From: Rhodothermaceae bacterium
GTDB taxonomy: Bacteria > Bacteroidota > Rhodothermia > Rhodothermales > Bin80
Assembly (NCBI GenBank): GCA_009841335.1
Contig: VXLY01000082.1
Location: 86,380-150,379, forward strand
Reading direction: 5' to 3'
DNA: 64,000 bases
Shown: positions 8,451-18,513 of the stretch, piece after piece
Layout: every line of letters starts with the position of its first letter
Numbering within the stretch: position 1 is the stretch's first letter
Translations under genes and position numbers: made by a program
Notes under the pieces: model-generated
The model's database searches: none
What the model was told of the DNA's origin: nothing
Seen by the model: only the letters and a program-made list of their open reading frames with translations

Positions 8451-10904
8451 TCATTCTGAGTTATGTAACCGGAGGAACGCCGAAACAGTTGCCAACTCTC
8501 CGGCCTCCCTAGGTTTATGCAGTGGATAGTAGTCGTAATTCAGAAAAGCCGGGATGTGAAGATCATAGTAACGACTCATTGGATTACCACTTTGCCCACC
8601 TGCGTATATACCGACGCCGCTGGGAGGATCGGTATCAAAGTCCACTATCACCCGCCAACTTGCACTATGTGTTACCGTTATCCCATCTCCTGGTCCTAGT
8701 GTTTCGTCGTACCCGGGGTAGCTATATGGACCACGCCACAACACACTCAACGCTTCATTTTGTGTGAGATGCCTAAAAATCACCTGATGATGCGTACTCC
8801 AGCTCCAATCATTCCCATACTGGACTTGTAGCATATCTGCTGCTTCTTCAAGTGCCAAGGCCATAAGCATCGGCGCATCTTCGACTTCAGTCGTTCTCTG
8901 AATATCAAGCCATGGAGAACCCGTCTCCAGAATTGTCACCAGTACTGTCTCAGTGGGGTAAGGGATACCCAGGAAAGGTGATTCATCCCACGTTAGCCGT
9001 TTAAGGGCCTCTAGGTACTCATGCAACGCAAGTGGCCCCGTTGTCTCTCCGACCGCCTTACCATCCCATTCAATGAGCGCAGCCCTGACCGCTTCACCTG
9101 CTGGCGTCAGTGCCCGCACGGAATCCAGCGGCGGCACAAAAGCGTCATATTGGCCAACATGAAAATCCGCTTGGTACTCCTTCATATTGTCTACCGTATG
9201 CCGCTCCCTGCCAGCAAGCAATGCGTCGATGCGTAATGATCGATATGCTGGCGGCCAATTGTGGTCTACATAGTAAGGATAGTCTGGTGTCGTCGGCTGT
9301 TGATTCGTTGAAGTGAGATATCCACGTATAGGGTTTGTAGCATACGGCATCTCCTCAAATGGAACTTGACCCACCCACGCTGTACCACTAGTGCTACCAT
9401 CAAGAAGCCCCACCCCATCTCCCGAAGCGCGGATCGGCAATTTTCCTGCAACGCGAATCCCAATTTCCCCAGTGGTGTCGGCATACAGTACATTCATGGC
9501 TGGCGAGTGCCAGTGCCTTAGGGCGCTATCAAACTGGGCTGCGTTTTCAGCACGATTCATTTCCCAAAGTGCAGTCATTCCGTTGTTCTTCTCATGTGCC
9601 ACCCATCGTATAGCTACAGCCGCAGTTGAATCCATAATGACTGGACCGATATCCGACAGTACCAGAGTATCTATAACACGAGCAGCATTTTTCACGTAAA
9701 TCGTATCCGGCTGCATCTTTAGGGAACGCCATCCCCCATCAAACCGGTAGCTGCTTCGATCTTCGTTTAATTGCAAGAGGTAGTGATCAATTGCATCTAG
9801 GCCTGAGTTTGTATAGGCCCAGGCCACATGATCATTGAAAGCCTCAATCGGCAAGGGCGCCCCCGGTGCCAACACGCCATAAGTGTTCATGGAGGGCGTT
9901 ACGAGATGTACTTCATACCATATTGAGGGGAGCGAGAGCGCCAGATGCATGTCACCGGCAAGTATGGCTGAACCAGTCGCAGAACGATCACGTGTGACTG
10001 CCCAATTGTTTGACCCCTTGGAGGGTTGATAGCCTTCCAAGCCATGTTTCCTTAACGTCTTGTGCACATTGGTCAATAAGACCAATGCATCCGATGAATG
10101 CACCGGTGATTGATCCGAATTCACGGAGACTGTCGATTGTCCGATTTCTGCTGGAATGATCGGCTTGTAACGCGTCGCATGGCGCGGGTACAACTTGGCG
10201 TATTCATCAGCCCCCAGTCGCTCCCTGGCAATCCCGTATGCCGCCTCCTCGGAATTAAATGAGAGGTCGTAATTGAAATACTGCATCAGGAGTACAGTAT
10301 GCATAGGCGTATACGGCTCAGGTGCGTAATCAAAGAGTTTGAATTCCAGCGGCCATTCGGCGTAGGGTAGCTCACTCAGATAAGCGTTAACGCCTTCGGC
10401 ATACCAGGTCATTATTTCGTAATCAAGGCCTCCCTGTTCAGCAAATGCAGCCATAATCTGTTTGGCTGCTCCATTCATCCCGAGAGAGCGCAGAAATCTA
10501 TCCGCATCTAGTGAAGCCGGACCGAAGATTTCTGAAAGCCGCCCTGCTGCAACACGACTAATGAAATCCATCTGAAAAAGCCGATCCTGTGCAGTCACAT
10601 ACCCAAGTGCAAGGATAGCATCCCTGTCTTCTTTGGCAAAAATATGAGGAACCCCCCGTTCATCCCGCTCTACAGTCACAGGAGCGGAAAGTGTGGGAAT
10701 AACAACTTCGTCATGCGCAGCGTGCTCGGCTATACGTGCATTGTGATACAGTCCACGGACAGGGTCAAGGAGATTGACCAAGGGTGCAATACCACTCGGT
10801 GCATAATGCAGTCCCCAAAGCAGCGCAGCAGTCAGAATCGCATGCAGCGCAAAGCTCAGCAATACCTTACTATTAGCGTTTGATCCCATAAAATACCGTT
10901 TCAT
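8451..10904 (-). CDS. penicillin acylase family Ntn-hydrolase (possibly acyl-homoserine-lactone/beta-lactam acylase)
   Basis: 817 aa with a signal/TM start and the autoprocessing nucleophile motif KGSNNWAV. The overall size is typical of the penicillin amidase family. Confidence 0.85.
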   Translation of the reverse strand: MKRYFMGSNANSKVLLSFALHAILTAALLWGLHYAPSGIAPLVNLLDPVRGLYHNARIAEHAAHDEVVIPTLSAPVTVERDERGVPHIFAKEDRDAILALGYVTAQDRLFQMDFISRVAAGRLSEIFGPASLDADRFLRSLGMNGAAKQIMAAFAEQGGLDYEIMTWYAEGVNAYLSELPYAEWPLEFKLFDYAPEPYTPMHTVLLMQYFNYDLSFNSEEAAYGIARERLGADEYAKLYPRHATRYKPIIPAEIGQSTVSVNSDQSPVHSSDALVLLTNVHKTLRKHGLEGYQPSKGSNNWAVTRDRSATGSAILAGDMHLALSLPSIWYEVHLVTPSMNTYGVLAPGAPLPIEAFNDHVAWAYTNSGLDAIDHYLLQLNEDRSSYRFDGGWRSLKMQPDTIYVKNAARVIDTLVLSDIGPVIMDSTAAVAIRWVAHEKNNGMTALWEMNRAENAAQFDSALRHWHSPAMNVLYADTTGEIGIRVAGKLPIRASGDGVGLLDGSTSGTAWVGQVPFEEMPYATNPIRGYLTSTNQQPTTPDYPYYVDHNWPPAYRSLRIDALLAGRERHTVDNMKEYQADFHVGQYDAFVPPLDSVRALTPAGEAVRAALIEWDGKAVGETTGPLALHEYLEALKRLTWDESPFLGIPYPTETVLVTILETGSPWLDIQRTTEVEDAPMLMALALEEAADMLQVQYGNDWSWSTHHQVIFRHLTQNEALSVLWRGPYSYPGYDETLGPGDGITVTHSASWRVIVDFDTDPPSGVGIYAGGQSGNPMSRYYDLHIPAFLNYDYYPLHKPREAGELATVSAFLRLHNSE

Positions 10905-10940
10905 TCCTGGATCGCCTCATCCACTGAGACGAATCGTCTC

Positions 10941-11729
10941 CTATCCCTCAGAGTCCATTTTTGTCTCAAATACAGGGACAACCTCATTCCTGATCAATTC
11001 ATCCACGACGGCTGAGTAGTCTTTCGCCCCGCGGGAATTCATATTATTGTCAAATACCGTCTTTCCACCATGGCATTCAACCGCAACCGATGCACAAGTG
11101 CGGACTACGGTGTCCATTACAAGCCTCCCATGCTCCTTCCGCATATAATTGGCATACTGACGATGCACCTTCTTGCGGCCATGTACATTGGTCAACAGGA
11201 ACATCAATCTCTTCAGACCCGGATTCAATCTTCCCTGGACTGCACGCGCCGACTGCCAAGTTTGCTCCGCACCATGAACTGACTGAAGCTCAGGCGTGAC
11301 GGGAATCATTAATGTATCTGCTGCCACAAGAGCATTCAAGACGTAGCTTGAGAGAGCAGCGGCCGTATCCAAAATAATTACGTCATAAATATCCTGGCCA
11401 CGGAGTGCCTCCTTAACCAAAAACAGGTCAATCGTACTGGTTAATTTCTTCTCACGCGTACGCATACCCTCAGAAGAGGGGAGTAAATGAAACGAGGGAA
11501 GCGGGACGGTCTCCAACTGGGCCAGGCTAGTATCAACATCAAATAAGCGAAGAGACGTATCCACCACACTATTCGTATCCACACCCATCATCCGTGTCAG
11601 GAATCCCTGTGGATCAAGATCAATAAGGAGTGTCTTGTATCCAATTAATCCGAATACGGCCCCGATGTGTAACGAGGTTGCTGTCTTGCCAGTACCTCCC
11701 TTATGATTACCGATAGTAATTACTTCCAT
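10941..11729 (-). CDS. ParA/MinD-family ATPase (orphan, no adjacent ParB)
   Basis: Deviant Walker A NHKGGTGKTATS, then LLIDLDPQG and IILDTAA. Confidence 0.85.
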   Translation of the reverse strand: MEVITIGNHKGGTGKTATSLHIGAVFGLIGYKTLLIDLDPQGFLTRMMGVDTNSVVDTSLRLFDVDTSLAQLETVPLPSFHLLPSSEGMRTREKKLTSTIDLFLVKEALRGQDIYDVIILDTAAALSSYVLNALVAADTLMIPVTPELQSVHGAEQTWQSARAVQGRLNPGLKRLMFLLTNVHGRKKVHRQYANYMRKEHGRLVMDTVVRTCASVAVECHGGKTVFDNNMNSRGAKDYSAVVDELIRNEVVPVFETKMDSEG

Positions 11730-11808
11730 TAATCAATTGTACTGTTTCTGGGTATCAGTTGGACATATGCCGAACCAAAAACGTTAAATCTAGCTCGGCA
11801 TTCGACCC

Positions 11809-12402
11809 ATGCATATTAATACTGATTTTGTTCTGGCATCCCAGTCTCCACGAAGGCGAAAACTTCTTCGTCAAATGGGAATATCCTTTTTTTGTATCCC
11901 GCCAAATGTGGATGAAACTGCTGAACCCGTCCGCGGGCCCAGAAGATTGGTCGAAAGTCTGGCGCTCAAAAAAGCTACGTCCGTAGTGGGCAGGAAACCT
12001 AGTGCTCTCGTCCTCGGTGCAGACACGGTCGTAGCATACCGGGGACTCATTCTCGGTAAACCAAGTGGAGCCGTTGAGGCTGCCGCAATGCTTCGCCAAC
12101 TGAGTGCGTCTACCCATACTGTGTATAGTGGAATAGCTCTGATTCACGCGGATTCGGATCGAAAAGTTGCCGATGTGGAGTCTACCGAGGTTACCTTCGG
12201 ACGTTTGAGTGAAACTGAAATTTCGAACTACATCAAAACTGGCTCCCCGTTGGACAAAGCAGGAGGGTATGGGATCCAGGACGACATGGGGGCTATGTTT
12301 GTAAAACGGATCAACGGAGATTTCTACAATGTGGTCGGTCTTCCGATTCGGAGGCTGTATACACTGCTGAAAAAACACTTCAGCGATCTGATTGAGTTCT
12401 AA
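11809..12402 (+). CDS. maf: Maf-like nucleoside triphosphate pyrophosphatase
   Basis: FVLASQSPRRRKLLRQMGI, GADTVV, GKP, KAGGYGIQD. Confidence 0.9.
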   Translation: MHINTDFVLASQSPRRRKLLRQMGISFFCIPPNVDETAEPVRGPRRLVESLALKKATSVVGRKPSALVLGADTVVAYRGLILGKPSGAVEAAAMLRQLSASTHTVYSGIALIHADSDRKVADVESTEVTFGRLSETEISNYIKTGSPLDKAGGYGIQDDMGAMFVKRINGDFYNVVGLPIRRLYTLLKKHFSDLIEF

Positions 12403-12766
12403 GGTCTTGTGCACTTTTTCGGTAAATCACCTCGGCACAGTCCACCGCTCCACCCACAGAGGGGTTTCTTTTCCGAACTGCAACTTCAACATACTCTATT
12501 TGAGTCGACAATTCCCAAACCTGATGGGCAATCATGTAGGCAAGCCGTTCAATTAACCGAAATCTTGTTCCCGTAAATACGCGTTCCACTATACTGTAAA
12601 CATACTCGTAGTTCACGGTTTGACCCAGAGCATCCTCCTCGGCGGCCGCTTCAAAGTTAAAGTTAACACTCACATCCACCTCATATCTCCCTCCAATCTG
12701 CTGCTCCTCGGAGCTCACACCGTGGTGGGCAAAGAATACAGCATTCATCAACCTAATCGTATGCAT
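12380..12766 (-). CDS. folB: dihydroneopterin aldolase
   Basis: 128 aa. MHTIRLMNAVFFAHHGVSSEEQQIGGRYEVDVSV and the C-terminal VAVRKRNP pattern are typical of FolB. Confidence 0.8.
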   Translation of the reverse strand: MHTIRLMNAVFFAHHGVSSEEQQIGGRYEVDVSVNFNFEAAAEEDALGQTVNYEYVYSIVERVFTGTRFRLIERLAYMIAHQVWELSTQIEYVEVAVRKRNPSVGGAVDCAEVIYRKSAQDLRTQSDR

Positions 12767-12770
12767 GTGC

Positions 12771-13685
12771 CTACAGGCCCAAATGATTCAGTAATGCGAT
12801 AGCGGAAGAGTCTAGAGAACCTGCCGTGCGCTGTGCTCGAAGATTAGAAACGTAAGCCGTCGCATACAGACCCAACAATGTATCGCTTCTTCGAGAATGC
12901 TCGCTGAAGAACTCAGCGATTTCTAAGTCTCGCGGTCCAGTGTACCACTTTCGGACGTCACCTGGAGCATTGGCCGGCTCCAGCGGCCAGCTTTGTTCGG
13001 GTTCAAAACCTTTATTGCCAAAATGACATCCTGCACACTGCGTCGGCGTAGCCAGCGCTCTATCATTTGGCAACGTATGGGAAGTAAGAGCTCCTGTACT
13101 GTCGTACGTAGCAAAATCCCAAAATCCATCGGATCGCCGAACCATTGTTGTTGTTTCGACGACTCTAGCACCTCTGAGGTGTTCAGCCTTGATGGCCGTG
13201 CCTACAGCATAACGGATTTTTTCTCCGTTCTCATAGTAGTTCCAGATAGCACTCTGCAATGCGGATTCTGATAAAGTGATTCGCCGCAAGTACTTGGTGA
13301 CAGGACCATGCACTTCGAATGTGATTGCGTTGTCAATGACCCACCGATTGCTGAACTCCGATAGTCTTTCCGGTAGGTTACGTGCATGGTAGTATGTCAT
13401 TTGTACTGCGGTCCGCAGGCTGTCTGGGCTCACGACCCCACCTGATGCCATGGCATTAAGTTCCTGAGCTAATTCCGGCCCGTATGCTCGAAGTACAGCC
13501 AAATCAACATAAAATCTGCCCCCTCGCTCATTTAGCAAGCCAGTTTCAAAGGGATCTTCACTCGTATAGCTGCCAAAGTAAAACCGCAACATTCGCTGTG
13601 CACTCTCTCCCTCCAAAGTTACTTCGAGCTGCTCCGCCGAAGAACAGGCGGCCATCAACAAAATCAGAGCGACTACGCGCATCAA
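12771..13685 (-). CDS. periplasmic lipoprotein with one c-type heme motif, family unknown
   Basis: Signal/lipobox MMRVVALILLMAACSS and a single CxxCH site (TQCAGCHFGNKG). Confidence 0.55.
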   Translation of the reverse strand: MMRVVALILLMAACSSAEQLEVTLEGESAQRMLRFYFGSYTSEDPFETGLLNERGGRFYVDLAVLRAYGPELAQELNAMASGGVVSPDSLRTAVQMTYYHARNLPERLSEFSNRWVIDNAITFEVHGPVTKYLRRITLSESALQSAIWNYYENGEKIRYAVGTAIKAEHLRGARVVETTTMVRRSDGFWDFATYDSTGALTSHTLPNDRALATPTQCAGCHFGNKGFEPEQSWPLEPANAPGDVRKWYTGPRDLEIAEFFSEHSRRSDTLLGLYATAYVSNLRAQRTAGSLDSSAIALLNHLGL

Positions 13686-14614
13686 GCCTCCTGTCTTTCA
13701 TGAGATGCCGGCCATTCCGTCAACCCTCGATACTGTCTGGCCCGTTCCTCAACGGCCGCCGGAGGTGTTTTTACCAGTTGGAATGGACCAAGAGTCTCGA
13801 CACAAAAAGAAGCCACACTGGCCCCGTAAATCACCGCGCGCTTGAGCGCATCCAGACCAATGTGGGGTTCACACGCCAGGCTGCCAGCAAAAGCTCCCAG
13901 AAACGAATCCCCTGCCCCTGTGGGGTCGCTCACTTTGTCAAGTGGAAATCCGGGCACGGTGAAGATCTGCTCGTCAGCAAACAGCATTGCTCCATGCTCA
14001 CCTTTCTTTATTACGAGAATGCGTGGGCCTAATGTTAAGATTTTACGTGCAGAAAGAATCAGATTGTGCTCGCCAGTCATTTGATAGGCCTCCTCGTCAT
14101 TGATCAGCAAGCAATCAATTTGTGCCAGTATTTCTCTTAGAGCCCCTGGTGTATTCGTGATCCAGTAATTCATAGTATCGCATGCTATGAATCCTCTGGT
14201 ATTCAATTGATTCAAGGTTGCGGCCTGGATATCTGGGGAAAGATTGCCAAGACACACAACCTTACTGTTCTGGTAAACATCGGGCACAACTGGATCAAAT
14301 TCAGCGAGTGCATTGAGATGTGTAAAGAGTGTATCTCTCACATTGACATCATCGTGATAGCGCCCTCCCCAGGCGAAAGTATCCTGATCACTGAGCTCTT
14401 GCAAACCCGAAAGATCTATACCCTTCGATATCAGTAATTGCTTATGTGCCTCCGGAAAATCTCGACCGACAACAGCAACCATACCTACCGGCTCAGTAAA
14501 CAGCCGGGCTGCAACCGAAATGTATGTAGCACTCCCACCAAGGACCTTATCGGTTTTATCCCAAGGCGTCTCAATGTAGTCCAAAGCCAACGTGCCGACT
14601 ACCAATACACTCAT
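13682..14614 (-). CDS. PfkB-family carbohydrate/nucleoside kinase
   Basis: N-terminal GTLALDYI..GGSATY and C-terminal DPTGAGDSFLGAFAG (PfkB signature 2). Confidence 0.85.
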   Translation of the reverse strand: MSVLVVGTLALDYIETPWDKTDKVLGGSATYISVAARLFTEPVGMVAVVGRDFPEAHKQLLISKGIDLSGLQELSDQDTFAWGGRYHDDVNVRDTLFTHLNALAEFDPVVPDVYQNSKVVCLGNLSPDIQAATLNQLNTRGFIACDTMNYWITNTPGALREILAQIDCLLINDEEAYQMTGEHNLILSARKILTLGPRILVIKKGEHGAMLFADEQIFTVPGFPLDKVSDPTGAGDSFLGAFAGSLACEPHIGLDALKRAVIYGASVASFCVETLGPFQLVKTPPAAVEERARQYRGLTEWPASHERQEA

Positions 14615-14671
14615 TCAAGTCTGTGATGCTTTATTTCCATAGTATCTGCTCAGCGGCCCAATTTACGAAGC

Positions 14672-15724
14672 TTGTGGAGATCCTACCTAATCGACCAAAT
14701 ACTGAGAGCTGTATTTTGCCTTACTTTCATAGATTTAACGAAACTATCGGTTGCTGCTGCCGTGACTAGCGAAAAGGTACTTACAGAATTTACCGCGATT
14801 GTACGTGAGCTATTACTCCAACACGATCGTGCAGATATTCCGGGTCTCGGTACACTGAAAGTTGAATCTGTCCTAAGTGCCCACGAACTCTTGGACCATG
14901 GAAAGTTCGTAGTGCATCCGACCAGCCGACGCATTTCTTTCGAAGAAAACCCCGCAATAGAATCAAGCCCTACGCTGGTTCCGTCGCTCGCTGCCAAGTT
15001 GGGAGTTGCTGATGAACGGGCTTCTGAGGTCCTGACTTTACTCGTAACCGAAATTCTATCACAGGTACCAGTCCGCATCCCTGAACTAGGTACATTCACG
15101 CGTTCAGACGATGGTCTTCGGTTTACAGCTAATCCTGACTTAGCTGCCGCTGTGTCCGGGATTTATACCGGACTCTCCTCCATCACCGTTGAACACGAGA
15201 TTGCGCCTCAGCCCGTTCAACGCCGTCAGAGATGGCCCTGGGCAGCCGCGGCGATGGTTGTAGTTGCAGCCGGGCTTTACTTCATTACGCAAGGCAACAA
15301 TGAATCGAACGGTCCTGCCGAGGAAACAGCTGCGATCTCCACACCAGTCATCCCTGATTCCGCCCCGACTGATTCACTAACGACTGTGGCCATTGAAGAC
15401 AGCGTAGATCAGGAACCTCCTACCTTTCCCGATCCTGAGACAGAAGCGGGCCCGGAAACGCTCTCGTTGGATCATGAAGCGGGTGGCTATACACTCATAG
15501 TGGCTTCATTTCCCGAAGAGTCTACGGCATTGGAAGTGGCCGAGCGCTATCGAAATATCTACCCCGATATTCCGGTCGGCATTCTCAGGAGCAGCGATAG
15601 TACGAATCATCGGGTTGCCGTTGGTCAAGCCCCTACAATTAGTGAAGCCCTCGATCTTAAGACCAAGCTTAATGATCTACCGCCGGAATCATGGGTGCTG
15701 TCCATTCGCGATGTCGGAATCTGA
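14672..15724 (+). CDS. HU-like N-terminal domain + SPOR (peptidoglycan-binding) domain protein
   Basis: The N-terminus resembles the HU/IHF fold (FTAIVRELLLQHDRADIPGLGTLKVE). It is followed by a TM helix (WPWAAAAMVVVAAGLYFI) and a low-complexity linker. The C-terminal SPOR-like part reads GGYTLIVASFPEESTALEVAERYR...HRVAVGQ. The true start may be the GTG at 14762. Confidence 0.7.
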   Translation: MWRSYLIDQILRAVFCLTFIDLTKLSVAAAVTSEKVLTEFTAIVRELLLQHDRADIPGLGTLKVESVLSAHELLDHGKFVVHPTSRRISFEENPAIESSPTLVPSLAAKLGVADERASEVLTLLVTEILSQVPVRIPELGTFTRSDDGLRFTANPDLAAAVSGIYTGLSSITVEHEIAPQPVQRRQRWPWAAAAMVVVAAGLYFITQGNNESNGPAEETAAISTPVIPDSAPTDSLTTVAIEDSVDQEPPTFPDPETEAGPETLSLDHEAGGYTLIVASFPEESTALEVAERYRNIYPDIPVGILRSSDSTNHRVAVGQAPTISEALDLKTKLNDLPPESWVLSIRDVGI

Positions 15725-15738
15725 TCTCTTTTGCGTAC

Positions 15739-16512
15739 ATGGCAGCAGCCTCTGATTACTTTCAGTTGACAATTGAGCGCTTGCAACGGCTCTGGAAAAC
15801 GCAACGTGAAAAAATTGAAATCGCCGCCGAGTTGTGCGCAGAACGAATTAGCAATGGCGGCCTAATTTTCTGTTTTGGATCCGGCCATTCCCGTATGATG
15901 TGCGAAGAGATGACACCCAGGCAGGGAGGATTTGTCGGCTTTTATGCTCTCGTTGAGCAGGCACTCTCGAACCATGCTGCAATTGTAGGACCTAACGGCT
16001 TACGCGGCCCGCTTTATCTCGAAAAAATTGACGGATACGCGGATGAGATTCTCCGTAGTTTCCGGTTTGGTCCACATGACGCGTTCATTATCATTTCCAC
16101 GAGTGGTGTTCGGCCGCTAATCGTGGAAATGGCTCTCGGTGCAAAAGAGCGGGGCATGCCCGTTATTGGCGTCGTCTCAAAGGAGCATTGCGAGGCAACC
16201 AACGCGTCCCATTCCACAGGGCTAAAGCTCATTGATGTGGCAGACATCGTGTTGGACAACCATTGCCCACCCGGCGACTGCATTATTGAGCTTGACGGCC
16301 TTGAATGGCGTACAGGGCCCGTATCCACCGTGACAGGAGGAATGCTGATAAACATGCTGCGTGTTTCTGTGGCAGAACGTCTGCTTCAGCGCGGTCACAA
16401 ACCGGTCATTCTGCCCAGTCACCAGTTCATTGGAGATACGACTGCGGAGGAACAGCTTGAGGATTTTTACGAAGCTTACAGAAAAAGCCTCTCTCATCTG
16501 TTCGCTGAATGA
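15739..16512 (+). CDS. SIS (sugar isomerase) domain protein
   Basis: LIFCFGSGHSRMMCEEM and IIISTSGVRPLIVEMALGAKERGMPVIGV are typical SIS motifs. The ATG at 15739 avoids overlap with the upstream gene; the longest ORF starts at 15691. Confidence 0.8.
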   Translation: MAAASDYFQLTIERLQRLWKTQREKIEIAAELCAERISNGGLIFCFGSGHSRMMCEEMTPRQGGFVGFYALVEQALSNHAAIVGPNGLRGPLYLEKIDGYADEILRSFRFGPHDAFIIISTSGVRPLIVEMALGAKERGMPVIGVVSKEHCEATNASHSTGLKLIDVADIVLDNHCPPGDCIIELDGLEWRTGPVSTVTGGMLINMLRVSVAERLLQRGHKPVILPSHQFIGDTTAEEQLEDFYEAYRKSLSHLFAE

Positions 16513-17474
16513 CTGAATATGTGATCGGAGTGGATGTTGGCGGCACGCGCATAAAGGCGGGGGCCGTGCTACGGGATGGTACACTCATGGCGGAGCGTGC
16601 ACGTTCATCGGGGTTCGCGTTGACAGCTGAGGCCCTAGAGGCGGCTGTGATTGAAGAAATTTCTCGAATTCAATCCGATACAGGATATGCTCCTCTAGGA
16701 GTAGGACTGGGGTTTCCGGGAGCAGTAGATCCAACGCAAGGCGTCATCCTTCTTCCGGGAAAACTTCGTTTGGAAGGATACCCGATCGTGCCAAATATAT
16801 CCGACATCTTGAAGCTGCCTGTAATTGCTGATAACGATGGGCGGCTGTCGATTGTGGCCGAAGCTTGCTACGGGAAAGCACAAGGTTATCGATGGGCTGC
16901 CTCAATCACACTGGGGACCGGCGTTGGCTCGGGTATTATGCTTGACGGGCAGATACTTCGTGATCCTCATTTTCAGTTTGGTACACAAGCAAGTCATATC
17001 GTTCAACAATCAGGCAGTGACCGACTCTGCATTACACGTGCCCGTGGAACAGCCAATATCCTCTGCTCTGCAACAGCCCTGGCCGTCATTGCTCGGGATG
17101 GGTTGATCCGTGGATTACCCTCCGTGCTTAATGAGCGCTATTTTGACGACCCTCACAGCGTAGATTTTGCGGCCGTGATTGATGGGGTCGCCCAGAATGA
17201 TGCCCTGTGCCTGGATGCGCTAAAAACCTGGCAAACCGAACTTTCCTGGTTCCTGGTCAGTGTAGTTCACATGTACGCGCCAGAAATCATCATCCTGAGT
17301 GGTGGTGCGGCTTCAGCTGCACCCTATTTTCTGGACGATGTGCGGAAGCATGTTAATCGACATACTTTCCGGTATCCTCCTGGAGAAGATATCCTGATTG
17401 AGGTTTCCGACATAGCCACCTACAACGTTGTATTGGGAGCAGCTTCGATGGTGTGGGAACAGTCCGAGCACTAG
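16509..17474 (+). CDS. ROK-family sugar kinase
   Basis: VIGVDVGGTRIKAGAV (ATP-binding), ADNDGRL, LGTGVGSG. A 4-nt overlap with the SIS gene suggests an operon. Confidence 0.85.
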   Translation: MTEYVIGVDVGGTRIKAGAVLRDGTLMAERARSSGFALTAEALEAAVIEEISRIQSDTGYAPLGVGLGFPGAVDPTQGVILLPGKLRLEGYPIVPNISDILKLPVIADNDGRLSIVAEACYGKAQGYRWAASITLGTGVGSGIMLDGQILRDPHFQFGTQASHIVQQSGSDRLCITRARGTANILCSATALAVIARDGLIRGLPSVLNERYFDDPHSVDFAAVIDGVAQNDALCLDALKTWQTELSWFLVSVVHMYAPEIIILSGGAASAAPYFLDDVRKHVNRHTFRYPPGEDILIEVSDIATYNVVLGAASMVWEQSEH

Positions 17475-18513
17475 GGTTTACCGATTGTTTTATCATCAGT
17501 AACCCGGGAATATTGAGAGTTGCTTTTGTTGCAATAGCTGACTTGGTACATCTACATCATCAATAGCTTCTTGTAACCAAAGCACTTCATCCATTCCGTT
17601 CGGCAACCAACGCCCTCCCCGTCTGACAATCAGTTCGATAACCGGTATACCTCTATTGCACCAGACGCAAAAAACAGAGCATGGCTATCATGCCTGTTTT
17701 TGACTTTCGGCAGTTTGGGATGGCCTGTGTCTCCTATCATTAATACAAATATGCTGGCTTTGCACCAATTCCTCTATTCATGTACATGCTTGAGTTGTCG
17801 TTCTGGGCTCAATGGATCTGGAATTCGCCCGCTGCCACACCGACCAATCCCCCCTCGTTAGGATTTGATCATAACGGTCGTGAATCAAATTGGCAGGCAG
17901 TACATCCCCGTCCCTGACATACTTGATAATTCCTGTGGTCTACGGTGATACGTTCGCAGGAACAGACTAGTCCCTGCCGGAATCGGCGGGGCCTTCACAA
18001 AACAAACCTTGCAATGTGAATCCAATTGTAACCCTATCGGCAAGGGCAAGGATTTGTTTATACCCCCTCTAAGGCGTTCCTTCGTTAGACTCGGATTCTT
18101 AAACAATTGTCAGAGATTCCAATAGATTGTCACTCCTAACCTTCCAACCCAGAACCAATAAGGATCGGAGTAGATCACGAACATGGAAGCAAGTGCAGTG
18201 GTAGCAAAAGAAGTGAGTAGTATATTTTGAATGGGAGAAAACTTCGCTTCTGGATCATAAACGTACGGAGTTCAGCGCGAGATACGAGAGCACAAGTTAT
18301 TCCACAAGCATATCCCGAATCATATCTCAACAAGCCACTCCCCAGTCCACAATCCCTACGCCTTCGTCGTCGTCGAAGAGATCTACACGACCCATACGCA
18401 GGAATTTGCGGGTTGCCGTGAATTTCGAAACAGATTTCCCTGAACTGCTTAGAATGAACGCGAAGCCCGCGATCCTCCCGATATAAGTATGGAGTGATTG
18501 CATCTGATTAGCA

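Noticed and set aside
11755-12414. 219-aa ORF on the minus strand
   Set aside because: It is exactly antisense to the well-supported maf gene (11809..12402) and has no recognisable motifs, so it is a shadow ORF.
13484-14032. 182-aa plus-strand ORF
   Set aside because: It is antisense across the junction of the heme lipoprotein and PfkB kinase genes. No motifs were seen.
17885-18106. 73-aa minus-strand ORF in the island's non-coding stretch
   Set aside because: It coincides with the stem-rich segment, has no motifs, and no neighbouring frame continues it. It is treated as non-coding.
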